A DNA stretch of 32,000 nt from Paenibacillus sp. (GTDB lineage Bacteria > Bacillota > Bacilli > Paenibacillales > Paenibacillaceae), in NCBI RefSeq assembly GCF_048976745.1, contig NZ_JBHGUU010000024.1, positions 395,057 through 427,056 on the forward strand, in the 5' to 3' direction. The position numbers and the translations under genes were made by a program. Position 1 is the stretch's first letter; each line of letters begins with the position of its first letter. The notes under the pieces are model-generated. The model was given only the letters and a program-made list of their open reading frames with translations. It was not told the origin of the DNA and ran no database searches. Positions 16,901 through 25,266 of the stretch are shown here, one piece after another.

Positions 16901-17204
16901 AAACACACATTCGCTATATTTTTTGAATCAAGACCTTACTACGTTGCTTTAATCACTTTAAAGTTATTAAAGTTTGGACATGTTAACGCATCTATTATGA
17001 AACTACTAAACATCAGTACATTAAAACATGAAACCATAATGATTAGCCTACGGCATGCTGTTCGGGTGTATGAAGCTTCCCTCACATGATTAGCCCACTA
17101 GGGTTGAACCTAAAGCAGAACGTGCCTAGCCGAATGGACCGTTCAGAAAGCTATAACACAGTGTGTGCGTATCTAAGGAAATCTAGAGCCCTCGTCGCAG
17201 CTTC

Positions 17205-18188
17205 CTACAGTTCTTCTCTGGGAGCTGCTTCATCATTCAAACGCTTCTCTAGCGCAGCCATATCTGCTGGAAAAGGGGCCTGGAACGTTATGCGTTCCTG
17301 TCGAATCGGATGTTCAAACGTCAACTCACAGGCATGTAATGCCTGCCGTTCGATCCAGCTGTCTCGTTCTTCCCGAACAGCCATGGTCTGCTCATCGATC
17401 TCGTGCACAGGTAGTGTCTTGTACATTCGATCACCGATTAATGGACAGCCGATGGACGTCATATGTACCCTGATCTGATGGGTTCTGCCACTTTCCAGCT
17501 TGAGACTTATCGCACTGGCACTGCCCCCTGACCAACGTGTTAAGGTCGTGTACAACGTTCTTGCAGCGTAACCATCAGGTGTTACGATTCGGCGGTGTGG
17601 TTCCTCTGGATCGCGATCAATCGGTCCATCCACCGATCCTTGTTCCGGGACAATGCTGCCGTGTACAAGTGCAATATATTTCTTATCCACCGTTCCCGCG
17701 ATCATCTGTTCAGACACATGCTGATGCACATAAGGGTTCTTGGCTATGGCCAGCACACCTGACGTTTCCTGATCAAGTCGATGAATTGGTCTGAACCGGA
17801 AGCGCTCGCCCTTGGATTTCCAGTAATGGACGACTCCATTCGCCAAAGTACCTGTGTAATGTCCATGTGTCGGATGAACGATGATGCCCGCATCCTTGTT
17901 TACAATAAGCAAGTGCTCGTCTTCATACAGAACGGTAAAGGGAATAGGTTCAGGCAAAATATCATCCGATTCCTCTTGCTCCATCCGAATTTCAACGACA
18001 TCACCCGCAGCTACCTTCACGCTAATGTATACGCGCTCTCCATTTAACATGACACCTTGCTCCGTCAGCTTGATTTTGGACAAAAGCTTACGCGAAACCA
18101 GCAGCCGCCGCTGAAGCACGGTCTTCAGCAGCCAGCCATCTTCTTGTTCAGTCACCGTGTAAACAATTGGTGAATAGTATTGGCTCAT
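17205..18188 (-). CDS. RluA-family 23S rRNA pseudouridine synthase (S4 domain plus catalytic domain)
   Basis: It has an N-terminal S4-like RNA-binding region, the catalytic motif HRLDQETSGVLAIAK, and a C-terminal GRTHQIRVH motif. Confidence 0.9.
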   Translation of the reverse strand: MSQYYSPIVYTVTEQEDGWLLKTVLQRRLLVSRKLLSKIKLTEQGVMLNGERVYISVKVAAGDVVEIRMEQEESDDILPEPIPFTVLYEDEHLLIVNKDAGIIVHPTHGHYTGTLANGVVHYWKSKGERFRFRPIHRLDQETSGVLAIAKNPYVHQHVSEQMIAGTVDKKYIALVHGSIVPEQGSVDGPIDRDPEEPHRRIVTPDGYAARTLYTTLTRWSGGSASAISLKLESGRTHQIRVHMTSIGCPLIGDRMYKTLPVHEIDEQTMAVREERDSWIERQALHACELTFEHPIRQERITFQAPFPADMAALEKRLNDEAAPREEL

Positions 18189-18760
18189 TCTTTGCGGCGG
18201 AAAACTTTTTTGCTCCGCACATATTCAATATCCGCCACCTGTTGTCTCGCGTTGGCCGTCCGTGCAACCACGAAGAAGTAATCAGACAGTCGGTTTAGAT
18301 ACCGTCGTACAGACGGATTAATATCTGTATGTTGTCCGAGTGTTACCGTGCGACGCTCTGCGCGACGACATACCGTACGGCACACATGAAGAGCAGAAGA
18401 CAGCTGACTGCCACCTGGAATAATGAACCGTTCCACTTTTGGATTCTCTGCATCATACTGGTCGATCCATTGTTCCAGACGTGTGACCATTTCATCTTTC
18501 ACCTTATATTTGGTCTCACTAATCTTCACAAAGGCCAGATCCGACCCGCAATCAAATAGTTCCTGTTGAACTTCCAGCAGATGTTCACGCAGGTCTTCGA
18601 ATTCTCCTTGAGCAGAGTCAATAAGGCTAATCGCCTGGCCTACAAAACAGTTCAACTCATCAATCGTGCCATAAGCCTCAACTCGGTCATCATCCTTGAT
18701 GACGCGTCCACCGATAACCGAAGTCTGTCCTTCGTCACCTGTTCGTGTATATATGCCCAT
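18185..18760 (-). CDS. ATP:cob(I)alamin adenosyltransferase, PduO type (YvqK-like)
   Basis: MGIYTRTGDEGQTS...RVEAYGTIDELN is the canonical PduO-type N-terminus. SD GGAGGG lies 6 nt upstream. Its stop overlaps the ATG of the pseudouridine synthase gene (ATGA at 18185-18188). Confidence 0.9.
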   Translation of the reverse strand: MGIYTRTGDEGQTSVIGGRVIKDDDRVEAYGTIDELNCFVGQAISLIDSAQGEFEDLREHLLEVQQELFDCGSDLAFVKISETKYKVKDEMVTRLEQWIDQYDAENPKVERFIIPGGSQLSSALHVCRTVCRRAERRTVTLGQHTDINPSVRRYLNRLSDYFFVVARTANARQQVADIEYVRSKKVFRRKE

Positions 18761-18908
18761 CGTTATCCCTCCAGTTGGTAATATAATAATGAATACGGGA
18801 ATGCCATTTTTTCAGAAACCCGTCTATCGCTTTACACGTATATAAGAATTGGTGTGCTCTGCCGAGTATACGACAAATCGAAGGAAACCAAAAGTAAAGG
18901 AGACGATT

Positions 18909-19520
18909 ATGCAAAACTGGATAACCGATTTCATGGAACAATACGGCTACATAGGCATTGCACTCATTATTGCTCTTGAGAACGTATTTCCCCCAATTCC
19001 ATCCGAAATCATCTTGCCGTTTGGCGGATTCATGACCACCTATACCAGTCTCACTCTTCCAGGTGTGATTATCGCCGCAACCATCGGCTCCGTCCTTGGT
19101 GCTGTGTTGCTGTATGGTATTGGCCTACTCATTGACGTCGAACGCCTTGAGAAAATTGTGGAACGTTGGGGACATGTTCTGCGCATCAAAAAAGAGGATA
19201 TTCACCGTGTCGATGCATGGTTTGACAAATATGGTATGTGGACCGTATTATTCTGCCGAATGGTTCCCCTCGTCCGTAGTCTGATCTCCATTCCCGCAGG
19301 CATGTCCAATATGAAATTTGGTTTATTCCTTCTTTTTACAACCATTGGTACATTGATCTGGAATATCATTCTTGTCTGCATTGGTGCTGCGCTTGGCGCA
19401 TCATGGGAGAGCATTTTGCACTTTATGGACGTTTATTCCATTGTAGTGTACGTCATTCTTGCCATCATTGTCATCGGATGTATCATCTGGTGGATCAGAC
19501 GTAGCAAAAAACAGAAATAA
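18909..19520 (+). CDS. DedA-family membrane protein
   Basis: YGYIGIALIIALENVFPPIPSEIILPFGG is the DedA signature. The start was moved from 18849 to the ATG at 18909 (SD AAGGAG 6 nt upstream). Confidence 0.85.
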   Translation: MQNWITDFMEQYGYIGIALIIALENVFPPIPSEIILPFGGFMTTYTSLTLPGVIIAATIGSVLGAVLLYGIGLLIDVERLEKIVERWGHVLRIKKEDIHRVDAWFDKYGMWTVLFCRMVPLVRSLISIPAGMSNMKFGLFLLFTTIGTLIWNIILVCIGAALGASWESILHFMDVYSIVVYVILAIIVIGCIIWWIRRSKKQK

Positions 19521-19539
19521 AAAGGATAGATTAATAAAT

Positions 19540-19583
19540 ATAGCCTCCTCGCCACCATTTCGTGGTTAAGGAGGCTTCTTTAT
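19540..19583. terminator. Bidirectional terminator between dedA and the convergent cobU-like gene
   Basis: Stem AGCCTCCT (19542-19549) / AGGAGGCT (19569-19576) with an inner CCAC..GTGG helix. TCTTTA follows on the plus strand and ATATTTATT on the minus strand. Confidence 0.7.
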
Positions 19584-19605
19584 GTCACCCGTCTATGTCA
19601 TCTCG

Positions 19606-20148
19606 CTATCGTTCATCTTCATTTCGCATGCCCTGACTCTTAAGATCGATAGCCAGACCAGATACCAGCATGTACATCTTTTCAGCATGTTGCTGCAGCA
19701 TCCGGTTAACCGAAGCCATTCTCGCTGTAAATATTCGTTCTTCCTCGGTAGGATGCAATGTGCCATGCATTTCATTGGTAATCACAAGCAACTTCCCCTG
19801 ATAAGACAATAACGCATCAAGCAAAAGCTGTGTCTCTGAACGCTGATGATTCAGATCCTCTGTTGCCCTGAAACCGGCAGCCATCCAGGAAGTCAGACTG
19901 TCTACAATTACAATTCGCTGATCCGCCAAAAACAGATTGGATTCCCGATTAATCTGGGTGATCACCTCTGTCAGATGCTGACCGTTCCCGGCATGAATGG
20001 CACGATAATGAGCGGATGGCAATTCGGGAATAACGGGATCATGATCACCAGTGGATAAATATACACCCTCCCGGCTAATCCCGGCTGCGTACTTGAGGGC
20101 AAACCTGGTTTTACCACTACCTATGCCGCCTGTGACCGTAATCAGCAA
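19606..20148 (-). CDS. cobU: Adenosylcobinamide kinase / adenosylcobinamide-phosphate guanylyltransferase (CobU/CobP-like)
   Basis: 180 aa. It has a P-loop at the extreme N-terminus (MLITVTGGIGSGKT) and a C-terminal LLVITNEMHGTLHPTEEERIFTARMASVNRMLQQHAEKMYMLVSGLAIDLK, collinear with Salmonella CobU as I recall it. It starts at TTG with SD GGAGGG 7 nt upstream. Confidence 0.7.
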   Translation of the reverse strand: MLITVTGGIGSGKTRFALKYAAGISREGVYLSTGDHDPVIPELPSAHYRAIHAGNGQHLTEVITQINRESNLFLADQRIVIVDSLTSWMAAGFRATEDLNHQRSETQLLLDALLSYQGKLLVITNEMHGTLHPTEEERIFTARMASVNRMLQQHAEKMYMLVSGLAIDLKSQGMRNEDER

Positions 20149-20185
20149 TCCGCTTCCCTCCTTCCATAGCCATTCTGAATTTTCT

Positions 20186-20737
20186 TTACTCTGTCAGCGC
20201 CTTCAGCACTTTCTTGGATTCTTCGACATTGGAAGATGACACTGGAATGGTGGCGAACAAATTGCTCGCAGCATATTCTACATCTTTAAACATTTTCATA
20301 TCTTCAAGTGGAATGCCGTAAAGATGAGATTCTTGCTTGAGATCTGAACCTCCATCTCCTTCACCCTTCTCAACCAATACTCCACCCTCAAATACCCCCC
20401 GTTCATACTTCTTGGGATCAAACGTATCATCCAGCGGAACATTGGAGCCATTACTTCCGTATTGTTTCATGTCAGCTTCTGGCAAAATGAAGATATCATG
20501 TCCTCCAGCCGCATACTCTACCATAATTTTCTGAACATCATACATCGCACTGGTGATCACTTCCACCTTGGGTTCCTCACCCAGTTTCTGTTGCAGATTG
20601 GCCTGTAACTGTTCTGAGATTACAGATGGATTTCCTTGGTTATCAATAATAAAAATGGAAAATCCATCTTTACCTCCACAACCAGCAAGCAGAAAAACGA
20701 TAGAAATGATCGCAGTAAGCCCCCAAAATCTCTTCAT
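20186..20737 (-). CDS. Lipoprotein of unknown function (solute-binding-protein-like fragment)
   Basis: It has a signal peptide with lipobox LLAGC (MKRFWGLTAIISIVFLLAGCGG). SD AGGGGGAA lies upstream. Its stop is 37 nt from cobU, so the two are probably co-transcribed. Confidence 0.75.
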   Translation of the reverse strand: MKRFWGLTAIISIVFLLAGCGGKDGFSIFIIDNQGNPSVISEQLQANLQQKLGEEPKVEVITSAMYDVQKIMVEYAAGGHDIFILPEADMKQYGSNGSNVPLDDTFDPKKYERGVFEGGVLVEKGEGDGGSDLKQESHLYGIPLEDMKMFKDVEYAASNLFATIPVSSSNVEESKKVLKALTE

Positions 20738-20901
20738 TCCAGTTCCCCCTTTAGTCTCCTATGTCCAATATATCACAATTGTTCCACGCAAAAAAATAAC
20801 CTGGCTTATCGGGGGATTACCCTACCTTTACACACAAAAAGAAGACCCTCTCAGGTCTCCTTCTAATTCGATTAATGAAACGTTTCAATTCAGCATAAAC
20901 G

Positions 20902-21168
20902 TTATTTTCCTTTAATCGGGTTAGCCTTCATATATTCATTAATCTTTAAATCCAGCAAACTGCTAATTTCAATTACAATATCGGATGTGAATGATTTCTC
21001 TTCGAGGAAGATCTGTTCCATCTTGCGACGAAGCATATGAATTTCATCTTCCAAGGAAATGTCATGCAAAGATGCGTTATCGGGTTTCACCGACCATCGG
21101 TCGCCATGATCGCCTTCTGCCAGAACGTGCCCACGAATCGTCGGTAAATCATATTCAACACAAAACAA
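20902..21168 (-). CDS. Spo0E-family sporulation regulatory protein (aspartyl-phosphate phosphatase-like) with N-terminal extension
   Basis: The C-terminal LEDEIHMLRRKMEQIFLEEKSFTSDIVIEISSLLDLKINEYM fits the Spo0E-like helical hairpin (SxxLDxLIxxY-type motif). It starts at TTG (21168) with SD AAGGAGGGG 7 nt upstream. Confidence 0.65.
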   Translation of the reverse strand: MFCVEYDLPTIRGHVLAEGDHGDRWSVKPDNASLHDISLEDEIHMLRRKMEQIFLEEKSFTSDIVIEISSLLDLKINEYMKANPIKGK

Positions 21169-21227
21169 AGCTAACCCCTCCTTGGAAAAATGGCTTCCAA
21201 ATATATGAAAACTTATTTCAAATTGAA

Positions 21228-21236
21228 ATTATATCA
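21228..21236 (-). promoter_or_regulatory. Extended -10 promoter (TGaTATAAT) upstream of the Spo0E-like gene
   Basis: The minus strand reads TGATATAAT about 55 nt upstream of the TTG start. Confidence 0.4.
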
Positions 21237-21311
21237 CATTATTTTGTAAAAGAAAGTTATTTTTTTCCAACGATAATAATGTTGGATTTGTGAAACGATT
21301 TTACTTTAGTA

Positions 21312-22520
21312 TTAACCCTCTTTTTGCAGTTTGTAAACAAAGTTTCCGATTCGTTCCAATGCTTCATTCAATTGGGTTACAGAAGTAGCATAAGAACAGC
21401 GCAAGAAACCTTCACCCTGAGGGCCAAAAACATTGCCGGGAACAGCAGCAACTTTATTCTCCGTTAACAATCGCTCAGCAAACAGGTCGGAACTCATACC
21501 CGTCTTTTGAATGCTCGGGAATGCATAAAATGCTCCCTGAGGTTCATGGCATTCAAGTCCAATATCCCTGAATCCCTGCACAATCAAACGTCTACGCTGA
21601 TTATACGATTCTACCATCCGATCTTTCTCACCCAAACCGTTCGTCAATGCCTCAAGTGCAGCAACCTGACCCATGGCCGGTGCACACATGACTGTATACT
21701 GATGGATTTTGAGCATGGCTGCAATAAGTTCAGGATGACCACACATGTAACCAATCCGCCAACCTGTCATTGCAAAAGCCTTTGAAAATCCACTGACGAG
21801 AATGGTCCGCTCCTTCATGTCAGGAATCGCTGCAAAGCTAACATGTTTTTGCGTATACGTCAATTCAGCGTAAATTTCATCAGCGATCACAATCAGATCA
21901 TGCTTTTTAATCACTTCAGCAATAGGGAGCCACTCTTCATACGTCATGATGGCTCCAGTGGGATTACTCGGATAACACAGAATAACCACTTTCGACTTCG
22001 GTGTGATGCCAGCTTCAAGAGCTTCGGCCGTTAACTTGAACTGATCTTTCGCATAGGTTTCAACACCAACCGGTATACCGCCACCGATGGAAGCGATTGG
22101 TGAATACGCCACGTATGAAGGTTCAGGAATGAGAATCTCGTCGCCTGGTACGATTAATGCGCGCAAAGCCAGATCAATCGCTTCACTGCCACCCACGGTA
22201 ACAATAATCTCATCCTTGGGATCGTATTTGGTATCAAACTGTGTATCCAGGTATTCACTAATGGCTTCTCTCAGCTTTGGCATACCTGCGTTGGAAGTGT
22301 AGCTAGTCATGCCTCGTTCCAAAGAGTAGACACAGGCTTCACGCATATGCCAAGGTGTAACAAAATCTGGTTCCCCCACACCCAATGTAATAATATCCTT
22401 GTTGTCTCCAACCAGATCAAAAAATTTACGAATTCCGGATGGAGGTATCTGCTGCACGAGGGGTGCCAGATAAGATGTCATTTTCTTGTTGTTCCCGGTT
22501 GTCTGTTCATTCACTATCAT
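21312..22520 (-). CDS. Class I/II PLP-dependent aminotransferase (AlaT/YugH- or PatA-like)
   Basis: 402 aa with the SGFSKAFAMTGWRIGY PLP-lysine motif and YPSNPTG. It lies directly downstream of an Lrp/AsnC regulator, the same arrangement as B. subtilis alaR-alaT (yugG-yugH). SD AAAGGAAG lies 7 nt before the ATG. Confidence 0.88.
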   Translation of the reverse strand: MIVNEQTTGNNKKMTSYLAPLVQQIPPSGIRKFFDLVGDNKDIITLGVGEPDFVTPWHMREACVYSLERGMTSYTSNAGMPKLREAISEYLDTQFDTKYDPKDEIIVTVGGSEAIDLALRALIVPGDEILIPEPSYVAYSPIASIGGGIPVGVETYAKDQFKLTAEALEAGITPKSKVVILCYPSNPTGAIMTYEEWLPIAEVIKKHDLIVIADEIYAELTYTQKHVSFAAIPDMKERTILVSGFSKAFAMTGWRIGYMCGHPELIAAMLKIHQYTVMCAPAMGQVAALEALTNGLGEKDRMVESYNQRRRLIVQGFRDIGLECHEPQGAFYAFPSIQKTGMSSDLFAERLLTENKVAAVPGNVFGPQGEGFLRCSYATSVTQLNEALERIGNFVYKLQKEG

Positions 22521-22533
22521 GACACATCTTCCT

Positions 22534-23034
22534 TTACGGCGAGATCATGAGACGGTTGTCTTCCTGATGGTCTTCAAAGATAATCCCGTCCTGTTTATAT
22601 TTTTTAAGAATAAAATTCGTTTTGGTTGAAAGTACAGAGTCTATCGGAGACAGTTTCTCCGACACAAAATTAGCGACTTCACGCAGGTTGCCACCTTCCA
22701 CTTCAACGAGCAGATCGTATGCACCTGACATGAGATATACGGACTTCACTTGCGGATAGAGATAAATGCGTTCAGCAATCCCTTCAAAGCCACGACCACG
22801 CTCCGGCGTGATCTGCACCTCAATCAGGGCCGTTACTTTTTCATCATCTATTTTGCTCCAGTTCACGACGGTTGCGTATTTCACGATGACGTGGTCTTGT
22901 TCAAGCTGTGCCACGGCGTTTTTGATCTTGTCTTCCGACTCCCCCAGCAGCGTCGACAGCAGTGCGGGAGTCCTTCTCGCGTCTTCCTTCAACAGATCCA
23001 GCACTTTTAATTGCAGATCGTTCAAATCTTTCAT
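22534..23034 (-). CDS. Lrp/AsnC-family transcriptional regulator (AlaR-like)
   Basis: 166 aa with an N-terminal HTH (LDLLKEDARRTPALLSTLLGESEDKIKNAVAQLE) and a C-terminal RAM/AsnC_trans_reg domain. SD GGAGGGAAAACC precedes the ATG. Confidence 0.9.
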   Translation of the reverse strand: MKDLNDLQLKVLDLLKEDARRTPALLSTLLGESEDKIKNAVAQLEQDHVIVKYATVVNWSKIDDEKVTALIEVQITPERGRGFEGIAERIYLYPQVKSVYLMSGAYDLLVEVEGGNLREVANFVSEKLSPIDSVLSTKTNFILKKYKQDGIIFEDHQEDNRLMISP

Positions 23035-23111
23035 GGTTTTCCCTCCAGCGTCATCCAGGTTCCTGAAAATGAATTAATACTTATATTACATGAATTTAAC
23101 GTTGATGCATA

Positions 23112-23148
23112 GACAAAAGACCGCCTGCCCTGAATTCGGGCAAGCGGT
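23112..23148 (-). terminator. Rho-independent terminator after the CotF-like genes
   Basis: Minus strand: CCGCTTGCCC-GAATTCA-GGGCAGGCGG followed by TCTTTTGT. Confidence 0.75.
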
Positions 23149-23194
23149 GGTATGGTCCTGGAACGTTAGGTGCTTCAAACCTCTTTTGCAAAGG

Positions 23195-23590
23195 TTACAT
23201 GTAATAAGGGTTACCGTAATTCGGTTGATGCTGAGACACATTAGGAGCTTGGCTATATGAACTGTTCTGCGTATTCTTTTCCTGAATGAACTGCTGACAC
23301 TTCTGTTGGGTCTGGTGGGCGGACTGAATTTGCTTGTCCACATCCTGACGCAGTGCCTTGGACGAAACAGAGTACATGTTGTTTTGCTGCATCAGATTAA
23401 ACAGTTCCCCTTGTAATCTTAGGGTATCGTTGGTCAGGTCTGTGAACATTCGACGTGTCATGGGGCAGGAAGCTTCCGTTGTCGCAGTTGTATATTCGCG
23501 CGAGGTTCGTCTTAAATCTGCAAGAATCGACTTCAGCAGATCCTGCTCCTGCATAAAAGCGCCATTAGATGATAAAGATTGAGAATACAT
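23195..23590 (-). CDS. Spore coat protein, CotF family (Coat_F domain)
   Basis: QEQDLLKSILADLRRTSREYTTATTEASCPMTRRMFTDLTNDTLRLQGELFNLMQQNNMY matches the Coat_F pattern. It has a Q/N/Y-rich tail. SD GGAGG lies 7 nt before the ATG. Confidence 0.8.
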   Translation of the reverse strand: MYSQSLSSNGAFMQEQDLLKSILADLRRTSREYTTATTEASCPMTRRMFTDLTNDTLRLQGELFNLMQQNNMYSVSSKALRQDVDKQIQSAHQTQQKCQQFIQEKNTQNSSYSQAPNVSQHQPNYGNPYYM

Positions 23591-23625
23591 GCGTTTTCCT
23601 CCTATACAGTTAGGGTTGTCTTCAA

Positions 23626-23859
23626 TTACTGAACTTGCGTAGGTGCGAGAGACTGATGTTGCTGCAGCGCATTAACAAGCGTGTTCAGATGCTGTTCATG
23701 TGAGCGAACATAGTGATTCAATGCTTGTTGAATTTGTGGATTATGTGTGATGGAAGCTGTGGCTGCACACTGCTTAATCAGCAGTTCTTCATTGGTGATA
23801 GAGTCCGCAATGTAGTTCAATTCCTTGGGACTCAGCGCTTGCATCGTATGATTCTGCAT
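23626..23859 (-). CDS. Small CotF-like spore coat protein (YraG/YraD-like)
   Basis: 77 aa. LSPKELNYIADSITNEELLIKQC resembles the N-terminal half of Coat_F proteins. It sits directly upstream of the larger CotF gene, like the B. subtilis yraG-yraF pairs. SD GAGGAGG lies 10 nt upstream. Confidence 0.6.
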   Translation of the reverse strand: MQNHTMQALSPKELNYIADSITNEELLIKQCAATASITHNPQIQQALNHYVRSHEQHLNTLVNALQQHQSLAPTQVQ

Positions 23860-23956
23860 GTTTCGATGGCCTCCTCGGCATAAAGTTTATGCGCAATTAT
23901 TGTTAACCCGGTCACACAAAAGTATACAAATTTTAATTATAAAGGAGATGTTTCTA

Positions 23957-25177
23957 ATGGATCTGGTCTATGGCACACCTTTCTGGCCCTCCACTTTCAA
24001 TTCAACATTTAATTATTCTCCGCTACAAGAAGACATCTCTTGTGACTGCCTCATCATTGGTGGGGGCATGGGAGGCGCACTCATATCTAAACTACTCACG
24101 GAACAGGGTGTTAACACAGTTGTCATTGATAAACGAGACATTGCCCACGGCAGCAGTTCTGCCAATACTGGTCTTTTACAATATACCAATGACAAAACAC
24201 TAACCTCATGTATTAACACTTTTGGTGAAGCAACAGGCGTACGTTTTTATGAGCTTTGTCGTGAAGCCATGCAACAGCTTACTCACATTGCAGGCAGTCT
24301 GGATACAGACCCTTGGTTTATCCCGCGAACAAGTCTTTGTTTTGCAAGCAGTGAAGATGATGTAGTCCTTTTGGAGGAAGAATATCAGACCTTGAAACGT
24401 TATGGTTTTGAAGCTGAACTGTGGGATGCCGATAGAATAAGCTCACATTTCCCCTTCAGCAAACCCGCTGCACTGTACACCATGGGAGATGCGGAAGTGA
24501 ACCCCTATCGTTTTGTTCATGCCTTGTTTGAATCCGCAAATAAACGTGGCGCTAGAATTTATGGTCAGACAGAGATGATACACTGTGAATACGATGAAGA
24601 TGGTGTATTATGCCACACTTCCAACGGTAAAATCCGTGCCAAAAAGGTCGTATTTGCTGCCGGTTACGAGACACAGGACATCAAAAAGGATCGTGGCGCC
24701 TATCTGAAAACGACCTATGCGATTGCTACCAAACCCTTGTCTGATCTTAGTGAATGGTTTGAACACAGCATGATCTGGGAGACAGCGCGCCCATATTTGT
24801 ATATGCGAACAACTCCAGACGGACGAATCATTGCAGGTGGTTTGGATGAAGAAACACCTCGGGAGGATCAACGTGAAATACGGGCTAAGCACCGGGGAGA
24901 TACACTCCTTGAAGAGGTCCGTTCCTATTTCCTTTTAGATGACCTTGAAGTCGATTATGCCTGGGGTGCCGTGTTTGGTAACACGAATGATGGCCTCCCT
25001 TTGATCGGTACACATCCCGATTATCCACATTCATATTTTGTAGAAGGGTATGGAGGTAACGGGACCGTATACAGCATGATTGCTGCTTCCTTCATTGTGG
25101 ATGCCATTACGGGCAAACCAAATCCTGATATGAACCTGTTCTCACTGACACGTACAAGTAAACCATCTCCTGTGTAA
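23957..25177 (+). CDS. FAD-dependent oxidoreductase (DAO family)
   Basis: It has the dinucleotide-binding motif DCLIIGGGMGGALISKLL and DAO-family length. The start was moved from 23858 to the ATG at 23957 (SD AAGGAG 9 nt upstream). Confidence 0.85.
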   Translation: MDLVYGTPFWPSTFNSTFNYSPLQEDISCDCLIIGGGMGGALISKLLTEQGVNTVVIDKRDIAHGSSSANTGLLQYTNDKTLTSCINTFGEATGVRFYELCREAMQQLTHIAGSLDTDPWFIPRTSLCFASSEDDVVLLEEEYQTLKRYGFEAELWDADRISSHFPFSKPAALYTMGDAEVNPYRFVHALFESANKRGARIYGQTEMIHCEYDEDGVLCHTSNGKIRAKKVVFAAGYETQDIKKDRGAYLKTTYAIATKPLSDLSEWFEHSMIWETARPYLYMRTTPDGRIIAGGLDEETPREDQREIRAKHRGDTLLEEVRSYFLLDDLEVDYAWGAVFGNTNDGLPLIGTHPDYPHSYFVEGYGGNGTVYSMIAASFIVDAITGKPNPDMNLFSLTRTSKPSPV

Positions 25178-25196
25178 CATGCAAATGAATCAATAC

Positions 25197-25250
25197 AAAC
25201 AGGGTACAGCATAAGGAAAGTTTTCCTTTCCCGCAGCTGTACCCTGTTTA
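25197..25250. terminator. Long hairpin / bidirectional terminator between the convergent oxidoreductase and MFS genes
   Basis: A 14-bp perfect stem AAACAGGGTACAGC (25197-25210) / GCTGTACCCTGTTT (25236-25249) with an inner GGAAAG..CTTTCC helix. Confidence 0.7.
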
Positions 25251-25266
25251 TATATATGAAAGTCTG

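Noticed and set aside
16900-17204. Short ORFs in the long intergenic gap: 33 aa on the minus strand (MVSCFNVLMFSS...) and 29 aa on the plus strand (MKLLNISTLKHE...)
   Set aside because: Neither has an SD-like sequence at a usable distance. Both are AT-rich frames of the kind expected by chance.
20738-20901. Cobalamin riboswitch upstream of the lipoprotein-cobU pair
   Set aside because: About 160 nt is short for the class. I see no B12 box (GCCACUG-like) and no conserved GGUGCC/GGGAA core. The region holds only a weak terminator hairpin (AGACC-TGAGAG-GGTCT on the minus strand) for the Spo0E-like gene and a possible promoter.
21266-21286. Hairpin TCCAAC-N9-GTTGGA considered as the terminator of the aminotransferase gene
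   Set aside because: The polarity is wrong. On the minus strand the hairpin is followed by an A-run, because the T-run lies on its upstream side. It would fit only a plus-strand terminator, and no plus-strand gene ends here. I have not called it as a feature.
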